Positions 14,330-25,453 of a stretch of DNA of 64,000 nucleotides are shown piece by piece. The notes under the pieces were generated by a model that saw nothing but the letters and a program-made list of their open reading frames with translations, was not told the origin of the DNA and searched no databases. Origin of the DNA: a bacterium (GTDB lineage: Bacteria > UBA8248); the NCBI GenBank assembly GCA_965221165.1, contig CBDCRP010000003.1, forward strand, positions 1,856,001 through 1,920,000. Direction: 5' to 3'. The position numbers and the translations under genes are program-made. Position 1 is the first letter of the stretch, and the number at the start of each line of letters is the position of its first letter.

Positions 14330-16084
14330 CTAGCCGACACCGCCCTGTTCCGCGAAGGCCGTGGTCGTGGGCGTTTTGTCGGGTACGGGCGCAGCGGCGT
14401 CTTCGCCGACCACCTCCTCACGCCTCGGCGTCACCTCTCCATTCTCGAGCGAGAGCACGATGTTGCAACGCCACTCCTCATCGATCTCGGGGTAGTCCAT
14501 CCGGAAATGTCCGCCCCGGCTCTCCGTGCGCACAAGGGCCGCCACGGCGAGCATGCGCGCCACGCCGATCAGGTTGTGGGTTTCCTGAATTCTCCTCATG
14601 CAATCGAAACGCTTGCGGGGACTCTCGCCGGCCACCGCGGCCCCCTCGTTCTCGGCTTCTAATTCATCGAGCCGCGCGAGGGCTCCCTCGAGCCTCGCCG
14701 CCTCGCGAATCTGCCCGATCCCCTCCACCCCTACGCACTGCACGTCCAGACGAAGGCGCTTGTCGTCGGGGCCGCTCGCCCTCGCCTCGCGCGCGCGCAG
14801 TTTCTCCAGCCCCTCCTGCCAGCCGCCGCTTTCGGGGTCTGGTTTTTCGAGCCGCGCTCCCTCGCAGGCGGCCCCTATCCCCGAGCGAAGCCCGAAGACG
14901 TAGCTGTCCGCCAGGGCCGCGCCGCCCGTCCGGTTCGCCCCGTGGATGCCGCCGGCGGCCTCTCCTCCCGCGTAGAGACCCGCCAGGTTCGTGCGGCCCC
15001 ACTCATCTATCCGGATGCCGCCCAGGTACGTGTGCGGACCGCTCGCCACCTCGATGGGAGAATCCGCCATGTCTACGCCCTGCGTCTTGAAAACGCGGAT
15101 GATGTCCGCCGTGGCGCCTTCGTTCACCTCCTCGATGACATGGCGCGCGTCGAGGTAGATGCCGTGGTTCTCCGTGCCGCGTCCCTCGAAAATCTCCATG
15201 CCCACGCCCCGGTTCACCACGGCGCGCGTGGCGCGCTCGCCGCGCTCGGGGTCGTAATTCCACATGAAGCGCTCGCCGTCCTTGTTGTACAGATAGGCGC
15301 CCTCATTGATGAAGCCGCTCGTGTGGGGCGGATAGCCCCTGATCTTCAAGGGTGCGGCCGTGAGGAGTTGATAGTCGATGAACTCCATGTCGATGAGTTC
15401 GGCCCCCGCGCGAAGCGCCATGGTGTAGCCGTCTCCCGAGATATAGGGCGGCGAGTCGTTCACCTCGTGCAGCTGGGGAGCGCCGCCCGTGGCCATGATG
15501 GTCGAGCGCGCGTGTACCACGATGGGCACGCCCTCGCGGTACAAATACCCCCACGCGCCGACGACGCGCTCGCCCTCTTTCAGGAGGTCGACGAAAATGG
15601 CGTGCTGGATCGTCTCGACGTCCCATTCCCTCATCTTTTTGGCCAAAGACTGCATGAGCGGCTTGCCCATCAGCTTTCCGCAGTGAAGAAGGCGCGGGAA
15701 ACGATGCGAGGCGCTATTTTTCTGGTCGTATTTGCCGTCTTCCAACTTCACGAGCCCCAGACCCCAACTGTCGAGCTCGATCGTCCTGTCGATGGCCTCC
15801 TCGCTCATGAGCCGCATCAGCCGGTGATTGCAGATTCCGTAGCTCGCCTCGATGGAATCCTCATACAAGAACTCGGGCTTATCGGTGGGATCGGAGTGGG
15901 CCATCGCCGCGGTGTAGCCGCCGCGCGCCATGGATGAGCTGCCGGAGGGAAACGTGGCTTTCGTGATGAGAATGGGCTTGACGCCGGAGCGAATGCAACC
16001 CACCGCCGCCATCATGCCGGCGACGCCGCCGCCGATGATGAGCACGTCCGTCTCGATCTTTCTGACTTCTGGAAATGGACTCAA
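14330..16084 (-). CDS. FAD-dependent oxidoreductase, SdhA/FrdA/NadB family (atypical)
   Basis: LIIGGGVAG, IMATGG, GDGYTMALRAGAELIDMEF, HTYLGGI, GIHGANR, RTESRGGHFRMDYP; TTG start after GGAGG. Confidence 0.85.
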   Translation of the reverse strand: MSPFPEVRKIETDVLIIGGGVAGMMAAVGCIRSGVKPILITKATFPSGSSSMARGGYTAAMAHSDPTDKPEFLYEDSIEASYGICNHRLMRLMSEEAIDRTIELDSWGLGLVKLEDGKYDQKNSASHRFPRLLHCGKLMGKPLMQSLAKKMREWDVETIQHAIFVDLLKEGERVVGAWGYLYREGVPIVVHARSTIMATGGAPQLHEVNDSPPYISGDGYTMALRAGAELIDMEFIDYQLLTAAPLKIRGYPPHTSGFINEGAYLYNKDGERFMWNYDPERGERATRAVVNRGVGMEIFEGRGTENHGIYLDARHVIEEVNEGATADIIRVFKTQGVDMADSPIEVASGPHTYLGGIRIDEWGRTNLAGLYAGGEAAGGIHGANRTGGAALADSYVFGLRSGIGAACEGARLEKPDPESGGWQEGLEKLRAREARASGPDDKRLRLDVQCVGVEGIGQIREAARLEGALARLDELEAENEGAAVAGESPRKRFDCMRRIQETHNLIGVARMLAVAALVRTESRGGHFRMDYPEIDEEWRCNIVLSLENGEVTPRREEVVGEDAAAPVPDKTPTTTAFAEQGGVG

Positions 16085-16180
16085 ATCCCGACCTCCGCCG
16101 CGCCCTGTACGCGGAAAATTACCCGCGACCCCTACAGTGAAGCCAAAGGACAACGAATTCGCGCGATTCGGAATCTTCGA

Positions 16181-17008
16181 TTATTGCCTCGCCAAAAACG
16201 CGGAGATACCCTCCGTCACCGCATCGGTGTCTTCAATCGCCATCAGGTGCCCCACGCCCAGAACCACCATCTTTTCGGCGTTTTCAATCTTCGCGGCCAA
16301 TTCGTCCGCACAGGCGTGGAAGCCGGACAAATCCTTCTCACCCACCATGATGAGCGTGGGCGCCGTGATTTTGCCGGCGATGTTCGCGAGCGACGTGTCC
16401 TGCGGGGGGTTCTGGTCGAGCCAATGCGCACCCGTGTAGGTGAGAAGCATGTCCTCCGCCCAATCGGCGGCGTCCTCGTTTTCTCCCAGGGAGGCGAATA
16501 TGGGGAGGTCCGCCCAGTAATCTTTGGCCGCTCGCAGCCCCTCCGCTCTCAGGGTGGCCATGGTCTGGAGCCTCTGGTCGGCGAACTCGGGCATGAAACG
16601 GGGAAAATCATAACCCGGCCCCATCGCGATGACCGAGGCCGTCTTGTCCGGATGCGCCGCGGCGAAGCCGAGCGCGACCCCGGCTCCGCGGCTCAAGCCC
16701 ACGAGGTGGGCCTTGGGAATACGGGCGTATTCAAGCAAATCGGCCAAGTCCGCCACTTCGACGTCACGGCCGTAGCCCGTGGGTGGTTTTTCCGATCGTC
16801 CATGTCCTCTCAAGTCGTACGTCACGACCCGGTGCCCGCCCCGGAGCGTGAGTTTCTGACGCTCCCACAACGAGCGATTCAACCCATGCCCGTGCAGGAA
16901 GACGATGGGGGGACCCGGGGTGTTCAAGCCGTTGTCGTCGTAGGAAATCTGAACTCCGTTGCATACCGCTTGCGCCACAGGAATCGCCTCCGGCGGGATG
17001 TTGATCAT
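16181..17008 (-). CDS. Alpha/beta fold hydrolase
   Basis: VFLHG, YDLRGHGRS, GLSRG nucleophile elbow, GEKD, GH. Confidence 0.85.
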   Translation of the reverse strand: MINIPPEAIPVAQAVCNGVQISYDDNGLNTPGPPIVFLHGHGLNRSLWERQKLTLRGGHRVVTYDLRGHGRSEKPPTGYGRDVEVADLADLLEYARIPKAHLVGLSRGAGVALGFAAAHPDKTASVIAMGPGYDFPRFMPEFADQRLQTMATLRAEGLRAAKDYWADLPIFASLGENEDAADWAEDMLLTYTGAHWLDQNPPQDTSLANIAGKITAPTLIMVGEKDLSGFHACADELAAKIENAEKMVVLGVGHLMAIEDTDAVTEGISAFLARQ

Positions 17009-17325
17009 CCAAACCCCTCCGCCCGGCTCCTCCTCGAGCCGTCCCGCGTTGGCGGCCGGGTTGGGTTGGAAAAATTGTGTATACAATGATTTGCGGTGAT
17101 CCGCAAAGCGCCGGGCGGACTTCGGCGCGCATCTCCGGGGTCCGACCAAGGACTCCGCCTCCTCGTCAGGGACGGAAATTTCGCGGCGCCCTTCAAAAAG
17201 GGGGTCTTTTGCGCCAGAATGCGGACCGTTCTCTTTCCCCGGTGGAAAAGAAAAGGATTTTCATCGAACGCGCACGCATCCGGCGCGAATCATCAAGACA
17301 CGGCGCGCTTTCGAGAAGGGCTCTC

Positions 17326-17703
17326 ATGAAACTCACCTACGAGCACGCGCACATCCTCCATACGGACCACGACGAGGCGGTGCGCTTCTACCGCGAAATC
17401 CTGGGCGCGCGCATCGTCGACTCGCGCGAGCGCAAAGGAGCGCCCCAGACCAAACTCATGGCCGGAGGCGGCATGCTCATCGTGCGGGGCGTCGACCACA
17501 TCGGCTTTTACGTGGGAGAAGGCGAACTCGAGGCCGCTCGCGCGATGCTCATCGAGCGCGGCGTCCCCATCGTGGAAGAAGACGACATGCCGCACCTCAA
17601 ATATCTCTACTTTCAAGGGCCGGACGGCGTGGTGATCGAACTCATGGAAACGAAGGCTCCGCTTCCCGCCTCAACCGGCCCGGAGCATAGCGAGGAGTTA
17701 TAA
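17326..17703 (+). CDS. VOC/glyoxalase family protein
   Basis: EHAHI...AVRFYREILG...DHIGF...YFQGPDGVVIELME. Confidence 0.8.
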   Translation: MKLTYEHAHILHTDHDEAVRFYREILGARIVDSRERKGAPQTKLMAGGGMLIVRGVDHIGFYVGEGELEAARAMLIERGVPIVEEDDMPHLKYLYFQGPDGVVIELMETKAPLPASTGPEHSEEL

Positions 17704-17707
17704 GCTC

Positions 17708-18460
17708 ATGGAAAAAGCGCGCACGTTGATGGAGATGACGAACCCCGAGGCCGAGAAGATTCTGGAGGAAACCGGCCTCGCCATCCTGCCCCTGGGCAGC
17801 GTCGAGCAGCACGGCTCCCACCTGCCGATGGGGACCGACTACTACGCGGCGGAGTCTTTCGCGCGGCGGGTCGCGGCCATCACCGGCGGATTACTGGTGG
17901 ATTTTTGTCCCTTCGGCGTCACGCCCCTGCACATGGGCTTCGGCGGCAAGGTGTCGCTGCGCTCCGAGACCATGATCCGCCTGATGCGCGACGTCGTGAG
18001 CAGCCTCCACCGCCACGGGGCGAGGAAGGTGGTGTTCCTGAACTGGCACGAGCGCAACCTGCCGGCGATGGAGATTGCGGCGGAAGACGCCCAGAACGCG
18101 CACGAGGGCTTGAGAATCCTCATCGTTCACGCGCATTTCATCGCAAAGAACCTCTATGGCCGGAAGGTGGGCCTGACCCACGGCGGTGAACTCGAAGTCC
18201 TGCCCGTGCTCGCCGACAGGCCCGAACTCGCGCATCTGGAACTCGCCACGGACCCATCCCCCATGGATCACGGAGAAAAAAACGACGCGGCCCGGCGCGA
18301 CCCGGCGGTCTACTATATCCCCAAGGACGTGCGCGATATGTACGAATCGGGCTGGTACGGCGTGATAGAGGATACTTCGCCTGCGCGCGTCGCCGAGGTC
18401 ATGAACGGGGTATCGCAGGAAGCGGCCCGGCGCATCAAGGCGTACTTCGGGTTGGCGTGA
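17708..18460 (+). CDS. Creatininase/creatinine amidohydrolase family protein
   Basis: LPLGSVEQHGSHLPMGTD, FLNWH, THGGELE. Confidence 0.9.
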   Translation: MEKARTLMEMTNPEAEKILEETGLAILPLGSVEQHGSHLPMGTDYYAAESFARRVAAITGGLLVDFCPFGVTPLHMGFGGKVSLRSETMIRLMRDVVSSLHRHGARKVVFLNWHERNLPAMEIAAEDAQNAHEGLRILIVHAHFIAKNLYGRKVGLTHGGELEVLPVLADRPELAHLELATDPSPMDHGEKNDAARRDPAVYYIPKDVRDMYESGWYGVIEDTSPARVAEVMNGVSQEAARRIKAYFGLA

Positions 18461-18519
18461 TACGAGGGGGCACTCTCTTCATTCGCACAATAACAATTTC
18501 ACCTGTATTCCCACGGATC

Positions 18520-18547
18520 AAAAAACGCCCGCCGAGTGGCGGGCGCT
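18520..18547 (-). terminator. Intrinsic terminator downstream of amt
   Basis: CGCCCGCC-GAGT-GGCGGGCG hairpin with A-run (U-tract on the minus strand). Confidence 0.7.
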
Positions 18548-18622
18548 CTCATGTTTCCCCCAAACCCCGCAGGAGATATGTGTTTTCCGGATCAGTAGCC
18601 TCGTATGCGACACCCCCCCGGC

Positions 18623-20029
<1,407 letters not shown>

Positions 20030-20399
20030 GCGTCCGCTCCCATTTTGTTGAAATCCGGTTGAAATTCGCTTTGTTCTCGAAATGTTCGCTTTGGTGATGA
20101 GGTGAACCGCCTTCAAGAACATCAAGGGGGCATGACGCGCCAGACCGTCATCAGGTCGAGACGGAATTTGAGTCGGCATACGCCCCTCTAGGCTGGGCCG
20201 TGACTAGCGTACAGATGTGGCATTAGAGCATGGGGAGGGCGGCGATTCAAGAAAAAACTTTACCCGCTTCTTCCATCGCCGAGGCCTACTCACGCCATGC
20301 AGTTCTTCGGGATTCGAGTTTCACGGGTCATTTTCAGAAGTGGCGCAAGAGAAAGAAAAGGCCTGGCCCGCTCAGAGTTCTCGCAAGGCTCCTTGAAAC

Positions 20400-20999
20400 C
20401 TATGCAGACGGATTCGGCAGCGGCAAGAGGGCTTCGGCCTGGGAAACAATGGATTGCGGCTGACTCTGATCGGAGGACACGCGCGCCAGCACCCTGAGGC
20501 CGAGGAACAGGCCGAGCAGGGATTTCGCCGTCTGGTCCGGAACAACTTCCGGGCAGATTTCCCCACAGGCTTGGCCCCGCTCGATCGAAGCGCGAAGGAA
20601 GTCCTCCATGCCGGCGAATGCGTTGCCCACGAACGAGACCACCTCCGCATCGTGCAGCCCCAGTTCCAGGGCCGTGTTAACTTCGAGGCAGCCGTCGTGC
20701 GCACCGTTCTCTCCCGCGTCTGAGGCGGCGGCCTCAAACATGGACAGCACCGCTTCGCGCGGTGAGGGATGCTTTTCAAGCTCCGCAATCGGGTCTTCCC
20801 GGTAGATGCGGTCGTAATGACGCAGCACCTGAGCGAACATCTGACGCTTGTCACCGAACGCGTGGTAGAGGCTCCCGCGCAACAGGCCCGTGGCCTCCTC
20901 AAGATCACGGATCGAAGTCGCCGAGTATCCATGGCGCCAGAACCGGAACATCGCCTTCGTCAGTACTTCGTTCAATGCGACCTTTCGCAATTTTCCCAT
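20400..20999 (-). CDS. TetR/AcrR family transcriptional regulator
   Basis: FWRHGYSATSIRDLEEATGLLRGSLYHAFGDK HTH; GCLEVNTALE. Confidence 0.9.
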   Translation of the reverse strand: MGKLRKVALNEVLTKAMFRFWRHGYSATSIRDLEEATGLLRGSLYHAFGDKRQMFAQVLRHYDRIYREDPIAELEKHPSPREAVLSMFEAAASDAGENGAHDGCLEVNTALELGLHDAEVVSFVGNAFAGMEDFLRASIERGQACGEICPEVVPDQTAKSLLGLFLGLRVLARVSSDQSQPQSIVSQAEALLPLPNPSA

Positions 21000-21486
21000 A
21001 CTGTTCTCTCCTCGTGTTTTCTGCCGAGCCGCAAATTCCATGCTATGCCATTCCACAGATGCAGATCAAATCCTCGGAGCGCAGGGAGAATCCTGCACGG
21101 CCCGGGAGAGGGCAAGTTCCAGATGGGCGCAGCCTGCGAGTCGGGTTGCGGGGGTGAACTCGAAAGTTTCTTGATGGGCGCAGTCGCTTCAACGAGCGTC
21201 TCCCGGCCTGAGGCGTGCCGGACCACCAACGAGGCGAGTTGACGCTCATCACGGAGGAAAAAGCTCCACTGATGCAAAATGGAAACGGGTATAACGCCCT
21301 TCGGCGCACGCGGAGATGAGATCGTCCACGGTCTCACGCTGCGCGGCATCATGCGCCGGCAGGCTTCTCCCCCGCTACTCAGAACGAATACTTCATCACC
21401 AGGCCCAATCCCAAGGAACGGACGTTATCCATCTCGACGTCGTATAGAACCGGAGTGCCGCCGGGCGCGGTGAACGAGGAAAGAAT

Positions 21487-21517
21487 AAAAAAGCGCCCGC
21501 CGGACGGCGGGCGCTTT
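21487..21517 (-). terminator. Intrinsic terminator after the AhpD-like pair
   Basis: AAAGCGCCCGCC-GGAC-GGCGGGCGCTTT with A-run. Confidence 0.75.
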
Positions 21518-21534
21518 CACGTCAATGGCGAAAC

Positions 21535-22140
21535 TCAGGCGGGCAGGGGCACGTCTTTCCCGTAAATTTTCTCGGACTGCGCCTGCGTCACGACGTTTCC
21601 CTCCGGATCGTGTATGGGATAGGCCTTGAGCGTGCGCATGAAGACCTGGAGACCATAGTGAAGCGCCACCATCGCGCCGAGTTCCATGATCTGGGCTTCC
21701 GAGAAGTGTTTTTTGCCCTCGTCGTAGAATTCCTTGTCCAGCTTTTTGGCGTCTCGGTACATCCAGTAGGAATAGCGAAGCGCCCATTTCTCGGCGTCTG
21801 AGAACTGCGGGTCGTTCTCGAAATCCCCGCAGGCGGCCTCGATGCGCTTCTCCGTCAGGCCCTCTTTTTTCGCCTGCTCGGAGCGCAGGTTCGCGAAGTA
21901 GGTGTCCTGTGCGGTTCGGGCGAGCTGGATGCGGACCATCTCCTTGAGCTTGTGGTCCACCCCGCCCATGGCGTGGGAGCGGTGCATGGCGTCGTGCATG
22001 GCGGCGGCGTAGCCGGGCGCATGCGCCATGATGCGCGAGAACAACGCATCGGGCGCCTGGGTTTCGGCGGTGCGCTCCATGACGCGCATCCAGTTCTTAT
22101 CGTCAATCGCTTCGGGTTCGAGCGGCTCGATAATCGGCAT
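21535..22140 (-). CDS. AhpD/carboxymuconolactone decarboxylase-like protein lacking the redox motif (DTYF)
   Basis: VDHKLKEMVRIQLAR, FSDAEKWAL, HFSEAQIMELG; paralogue of the upstream gene. Confidence 0.8.
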   Translation of the reverse strand: MPIIEPLEPEAIDDKNWMRVMERTAETQAPDALFSRIMAHAPGYAAAMHDAMHRSHAMGGVDHKLKEMVRIQLARTAQDTYFANLRSEQAKKEGLTEKRIEAACGDFENDPQFSDAEKWALRYSYWMYRDAKKLDKEFYDEGKKHFSEAQIMELGAMVALHYGLQVFMRTLKAYPIHDPEGNVVTQAQSEKIYGKDVPLPA

Positions 22141-22149
22141 GTCTTCCTC

Positions 22150-22812
22150 CTAGCTTCCGTTGGCTTGCTGCGCTTCACCCTCTTCGAGAGCGCGGGCGAG
22201 CGGGCCGCTCAGGTGCGAGACGGGGCAATCCCCATAGATGCGGCGCGATTCCTCCTGGCTCACCAGCCGGCCGTCGGGGGAGAACATGGGGTAGAAATCG
22301 AGCGTTCTGAAAAAAGTGTGGTAGCCCACGTTGAAGCCGATGAAAGAGCCTAATTCCACGATTTCCTCATCCGAATAGTGGTCTCTGAGCCTCGCGTAGA
22401 AGGCCTCGTCAATCTTCTCGGGTTCTGAATCCATGAGCTCGCTGTATTCGAGAGCGAGTTTTTCGGCTTCGGTGAAATTATCGCTGTCGCTCCAGTTGTC
22501 GATGCCGTCGTCTATCAGCTCCTCGGTAAGGCCCGCCTGCTTCGCCGAAGCAGAACGCACGTTCCCTCAGTAGTTGCAAAAAGCGCGGCGCGAGAGTTGA
22601 ACGCGGATGATCTCCTTGAGCTTGTGGTCGATGACGCCGGTGTTGAACACCGTGCCCCAGGCGAGGTACATCGATTTCGCCAAGTCCTCGTTGTGGCCCT
22701 GCATGGCGTGAAAGGCCGGGTCGGGCGCGCGGTGCTTGAGCGCCTTGTTGACGAAAGGAGCCAGCTTCGTCTTCTTCAGGTCCCCGATGTCGAGCATGGT
22801 GATATTGGACAT
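22150..22812 (-). CDS. AhpD/CMD-like selenoprotein (CxxU; UGA at 22567-22569)
   Basis: ORFs 22567-22812 and 22150-22560 are in frame: RRAF-C-N-Y-TGA-GNVRSAS; both halves align to the neighbouring paralogue; hairpin follows the UGA. Confidence 0.85.
22534..22557 (-). promoter_or_regulatory. Putative bacterial SECIS hairpin
   Basis: mRNA CGUU-CUGCUUC-GGC-GAAGCAG-GCG; loop G about 21 nt after UGA. Confidence 0.65.
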
Positions 22813-22861
22813 ATAAGAATCTCCCTAAAATGAAGTGCGAGATAAATTTTCGTTTATCGAC

Positions 22862-24229
22862 TCAAGCGCCGCTCTCCGCCTGAACGCGGCGCAAGGCGGA
22901 GTCGAGGGCGGACGCTGCGCGCTCGGCCTCTTCTTCGGTAAAGACCAGCGGCGGGCTGATGGTGACGGTGTTCGAGGGACCCGCCGCGATGCCGGAGTTC
23001 TTGCCGAAAATAACGCCCGCCTCCTTGGCGTAGGCCAATACCCTGGAGGTGGCCGCCGTGGACAAGGGCGCGCCGCTCTCTTCTATCAACTCCACACCCC
23101 AGATGAGGCCCACGCCTCTAATGTCGCCCACGCAGGGGATGTCGGCGAGTTTCCCCAAAAGTCCGCCCAGGTAGGCGCCCACCTTCGCGCCGCGCGCGGG
23201 CAACTCCTCGTCCATCATGATTTCGAGATTCTTGAGCGAGGCCGCGCAAGCGGCGGGGTGCCCGCCGTAGGTGTTTATCTGCAGGAATCCCGAATCGCCC
23301 TCCGCGTTTAAAGCCTCGAATATTTCGTTCGTGGTCGCAGTCGCCCCGATGGGCAGGTAGGCGCTGCTCAGCCCCTTGGCCATCGTCATGATGTCCGGCT
23401 CGACCTCATAGAGATCGGAAGCAAATAGCTCCCCCGTGCGCCCGAATCCGGTGATGACCTCATCTGCGATGAACAACACGCCGTGGTTCCGGCACACCTC
23501 GCGCATGCGTTTCAGGTAATCCGCGGGCGGGGGAATCACCCCGCCGCCGCCGATGACGGGCTCCGCGATAAACGCCGCCACGGTCTCGGGGTCTTCGTAG
23601 CGGATGACCTCGTCGAGTTCGTCCACGCACCGCTGCGCCAATTCTTCTTCGGAGCCTGCGTTGCTGCGGTAGAAATAGGGGGCGCTCACGTGAATCACGC
23701 CCGGAAGGAGCGGTTCGAACATCGCGCGCCTGAGCGTCTGGCCGGTGAGGCTCGCGCCGCCGATGGTCGCCCCGTGATAACCCTGGTGGCGGGCGATGAT
23801 TTTATACCGCCTCCCGCCGTTCAGACGTCCATAGACGCGGGCCAGCTTGATGGCGGTGTCCACGGCTTCCGAGCCCGAGTTCACGAACCAGACGCGCTCG
23901 ACCCCCTCTGGCAGCAGGGAAGCGAGCCGCTTGGCGAGCCTGGCTGCCGGCGGGTTCACCTGCGTCAGCGGATAGTAGGCCAGTTCGAGCATCTGCTCGT
24001 ACGCCGCCCGGGCGACCTCGTCGCGCCCGTAGCCGATGTTCACGCACCAAAGCCCCGCCATGGCGTCGATGTATTCCTTACCGGAGGCGTCCTGGATGGT
24101 CGAGCCTTTGGCTTTGACCACGACGTCGAGGGGATTTTCCTCGATTCCGGAATGGTTCATGAGCGGATGCCAGACGTGCTCCTTGTCCATCGTCCGCAGG
24201 GATTCGGCTTCGGCTATGGCTGGGTTCAT
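22862..24229 (-). CDS. Class III PLP aminotransferase (omega-amino acid/amine type)
   Basis: AGLWCVNIGYG, NSGSEA, GYHG, FIAEP, IADEVITGFGRTG, MAKGLSSAY, TYGGHP. Confidence 0.92.
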   Translation of the reverse strand: MNPAIAEAESLRTMDKEHVWHPLMNHSGIEENPLDVVVKAKGSTIQDASGKEYIDAMAGLWCVNIGYGRDEVARAAYEQMLELAYYPLTQVNPPAARLAKRLASLLPEGVERVWFVNSGSEAVDTAIKLARVYGRLNGGRRYKIIARHQGYHGATIGGASLTGQTLRRAMFEPLLPGVIHVSAPYFYRSNAGSEEELAQRCVDELDEVIRYEDPETVAAFIAEPVIGGGGVIPPPADYLKRMREVCRNHGVLFIADEVITGFGRTGELFASDLYEVEPDIMTMAKGLSSAYLPIGATATTNEIFEALNAEGDSGFLQINTYGGHPAACAASLKNLEIMMDEELPARGAKVGAYLGGLLGKLADIPCVGDIRGVGLIWGVELIEESGAPLSTAATSRVLAYAKEAGVIFGKNSGIAAGPSNTVTISPPLVFTEEEAERAASALDSALRRVQAESGA

Positions 24230-24323
24230 TGGGGTCCCCTCTCGGGTTTCAACGGTTCGGTATTCTATCGATCGATGCGAAAATCTTAATGCGCAAACGG
24301 GTGCGGATCAACCGCCAGGAGAG

Positions 24324-25316
24324 CTAGCCCGGCGTATACTCGGGGCTTTCACTTTTGATTCGAAAGGCCTGGCGCCCGATACGCTGGATTTCGCCCTCTA
24401 TCAGGTCGCCCGGCTCCAGGTATTTCCCCCAAGAAGCGGCGTTGCCCGCAGGCGAGCCGGTGCCGATGATATCGCCCGTCCGCAGCGTGGCGATCCCGGA
24501 TAGATAGGATACCTGCTCGGCGACCCGCCAGACCATATCGCCCGTGGTGGCGTCTTGCCTGAGTTCTCCGTTCACCCAGAGCCTGAGCCTCAAATCGTGG
24601 GGATCCAGCCCTTCTTCGGGGAGCAGGATATAGGGGCCGATGGGAGCGAAGCCGTCCGGGGCCTTCATGGCGTACCAGTCGATGAACTTGCCCATGTTCA
24701 GGCTCGTGCGATCGCTCATGTCGTTGAACAGGGTGTAGCCGCCCACATGGTCCATGGCCCGTTCCACGGGAATGTTCTTGCCTCCCTGGCCGATGAGCAC
24801 GCCGAGTTCGAGTTCGTAGTCGAGCTTTTCCATCGAGGGATAGACGGGCACGTCCTCATTCGGGCCGCTCACGCATGTTGCGGGCTTCAAGAAACAATAG
24901 AGCGGGAGTTCCTCCTTGAAGTCATTCACCTCGATTCGCGCCATCTCGGCGGCATGGGCCACATAGTTCCTCGCCATACAAAACAGCGTGTCCGGAATGA
25001 CGGGAGGAAGAATCTCGACTTCTTCTGGTTCATAGACCACCTGCATCCCGTCGAAGCGAATCGGGTTTTTCCTGCGCCGGTGCTTCTTGAGGGCTTCGGT
25101 AGCTTCTTCCGCCAGGGGGCGGTTCATCTCCAGATCCTCGATGAATTCCTCACAATCCGCGGGCACTTCGGCTTCCGCCTGATCCATGGCCTCGGCCGCC
25201 GACTCATCATTCAGTGACAAGGCGTAGGCCATCTTGAGGTCGGCGATTTTCTCCCCGAACAAGACTCCTGTGCGCGCCTCGCCCCCCAGACTGAAAGTAC
25301 AGATTCTCATGACCAT
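24324..25316 (-). CDS. Fumarylacetoacetate hydrolase family protein
   Basis: NYVAHAAE, FLKP, LDYELELGV, GYTLFNDMSDR, GDIIGTGSPAG; start after GGAGG. Confidence 0.9.
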   Translation of the reverse strand: MVMRICTFSLGGEARTGVLFGEKIADLKMAYALSLNDESAAEAMDQAEAEVPADCEEFIEDLEMNRPLAEEATEALKKHRRRKNPIRFDGMQVVYEPEEVEILPPVIPDTLFCMARNYVAHAAEMARIEVNDFKEELPLYCFLKPATCVSGPNEDVPVYPSMEKLDYELELGVLIGQGGKNIPVERAMDHVGGYTLFNDMSDRTSLNMGKFIDWYAMKAPDGFAPIGPYILLPEEGLDPHDLRLRLWVNGELRQDATTGDMVWRVAEQVSYLSGIATLRTGDIIGTGSPAGNAASWGKYLEPGDLIEGEIQRIGRQAFRIKSESPEYTPG

Positions 25317-25453
25317 GAGCCTCCGTATCTTAAATGCGCGATAAAGGGGAATCCTAGCACAGGGACGCAGGCGATGGCGCATTGCTCCTGAAAGCGGGAG
25401 CCTGTCGGGAGAACAAATAGCATGAAATTTCAAGACTCCCGCTTCAAATGCTT

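Noticed and set aside
20030-20400. Riboswitch or sigma54 promoter upstream of amt
   Set aside because: No glnA-type riboswitch or correctly oriented -24/-12 consensus could be matched by eye; needs an Rfam/Infernal scan
21040-21480. Short overlapping ORFs between tetR and the AhpD-like pair
   Set aside because: No recognisable domain or consistent frame; possibly a decayed remnant but unsupported
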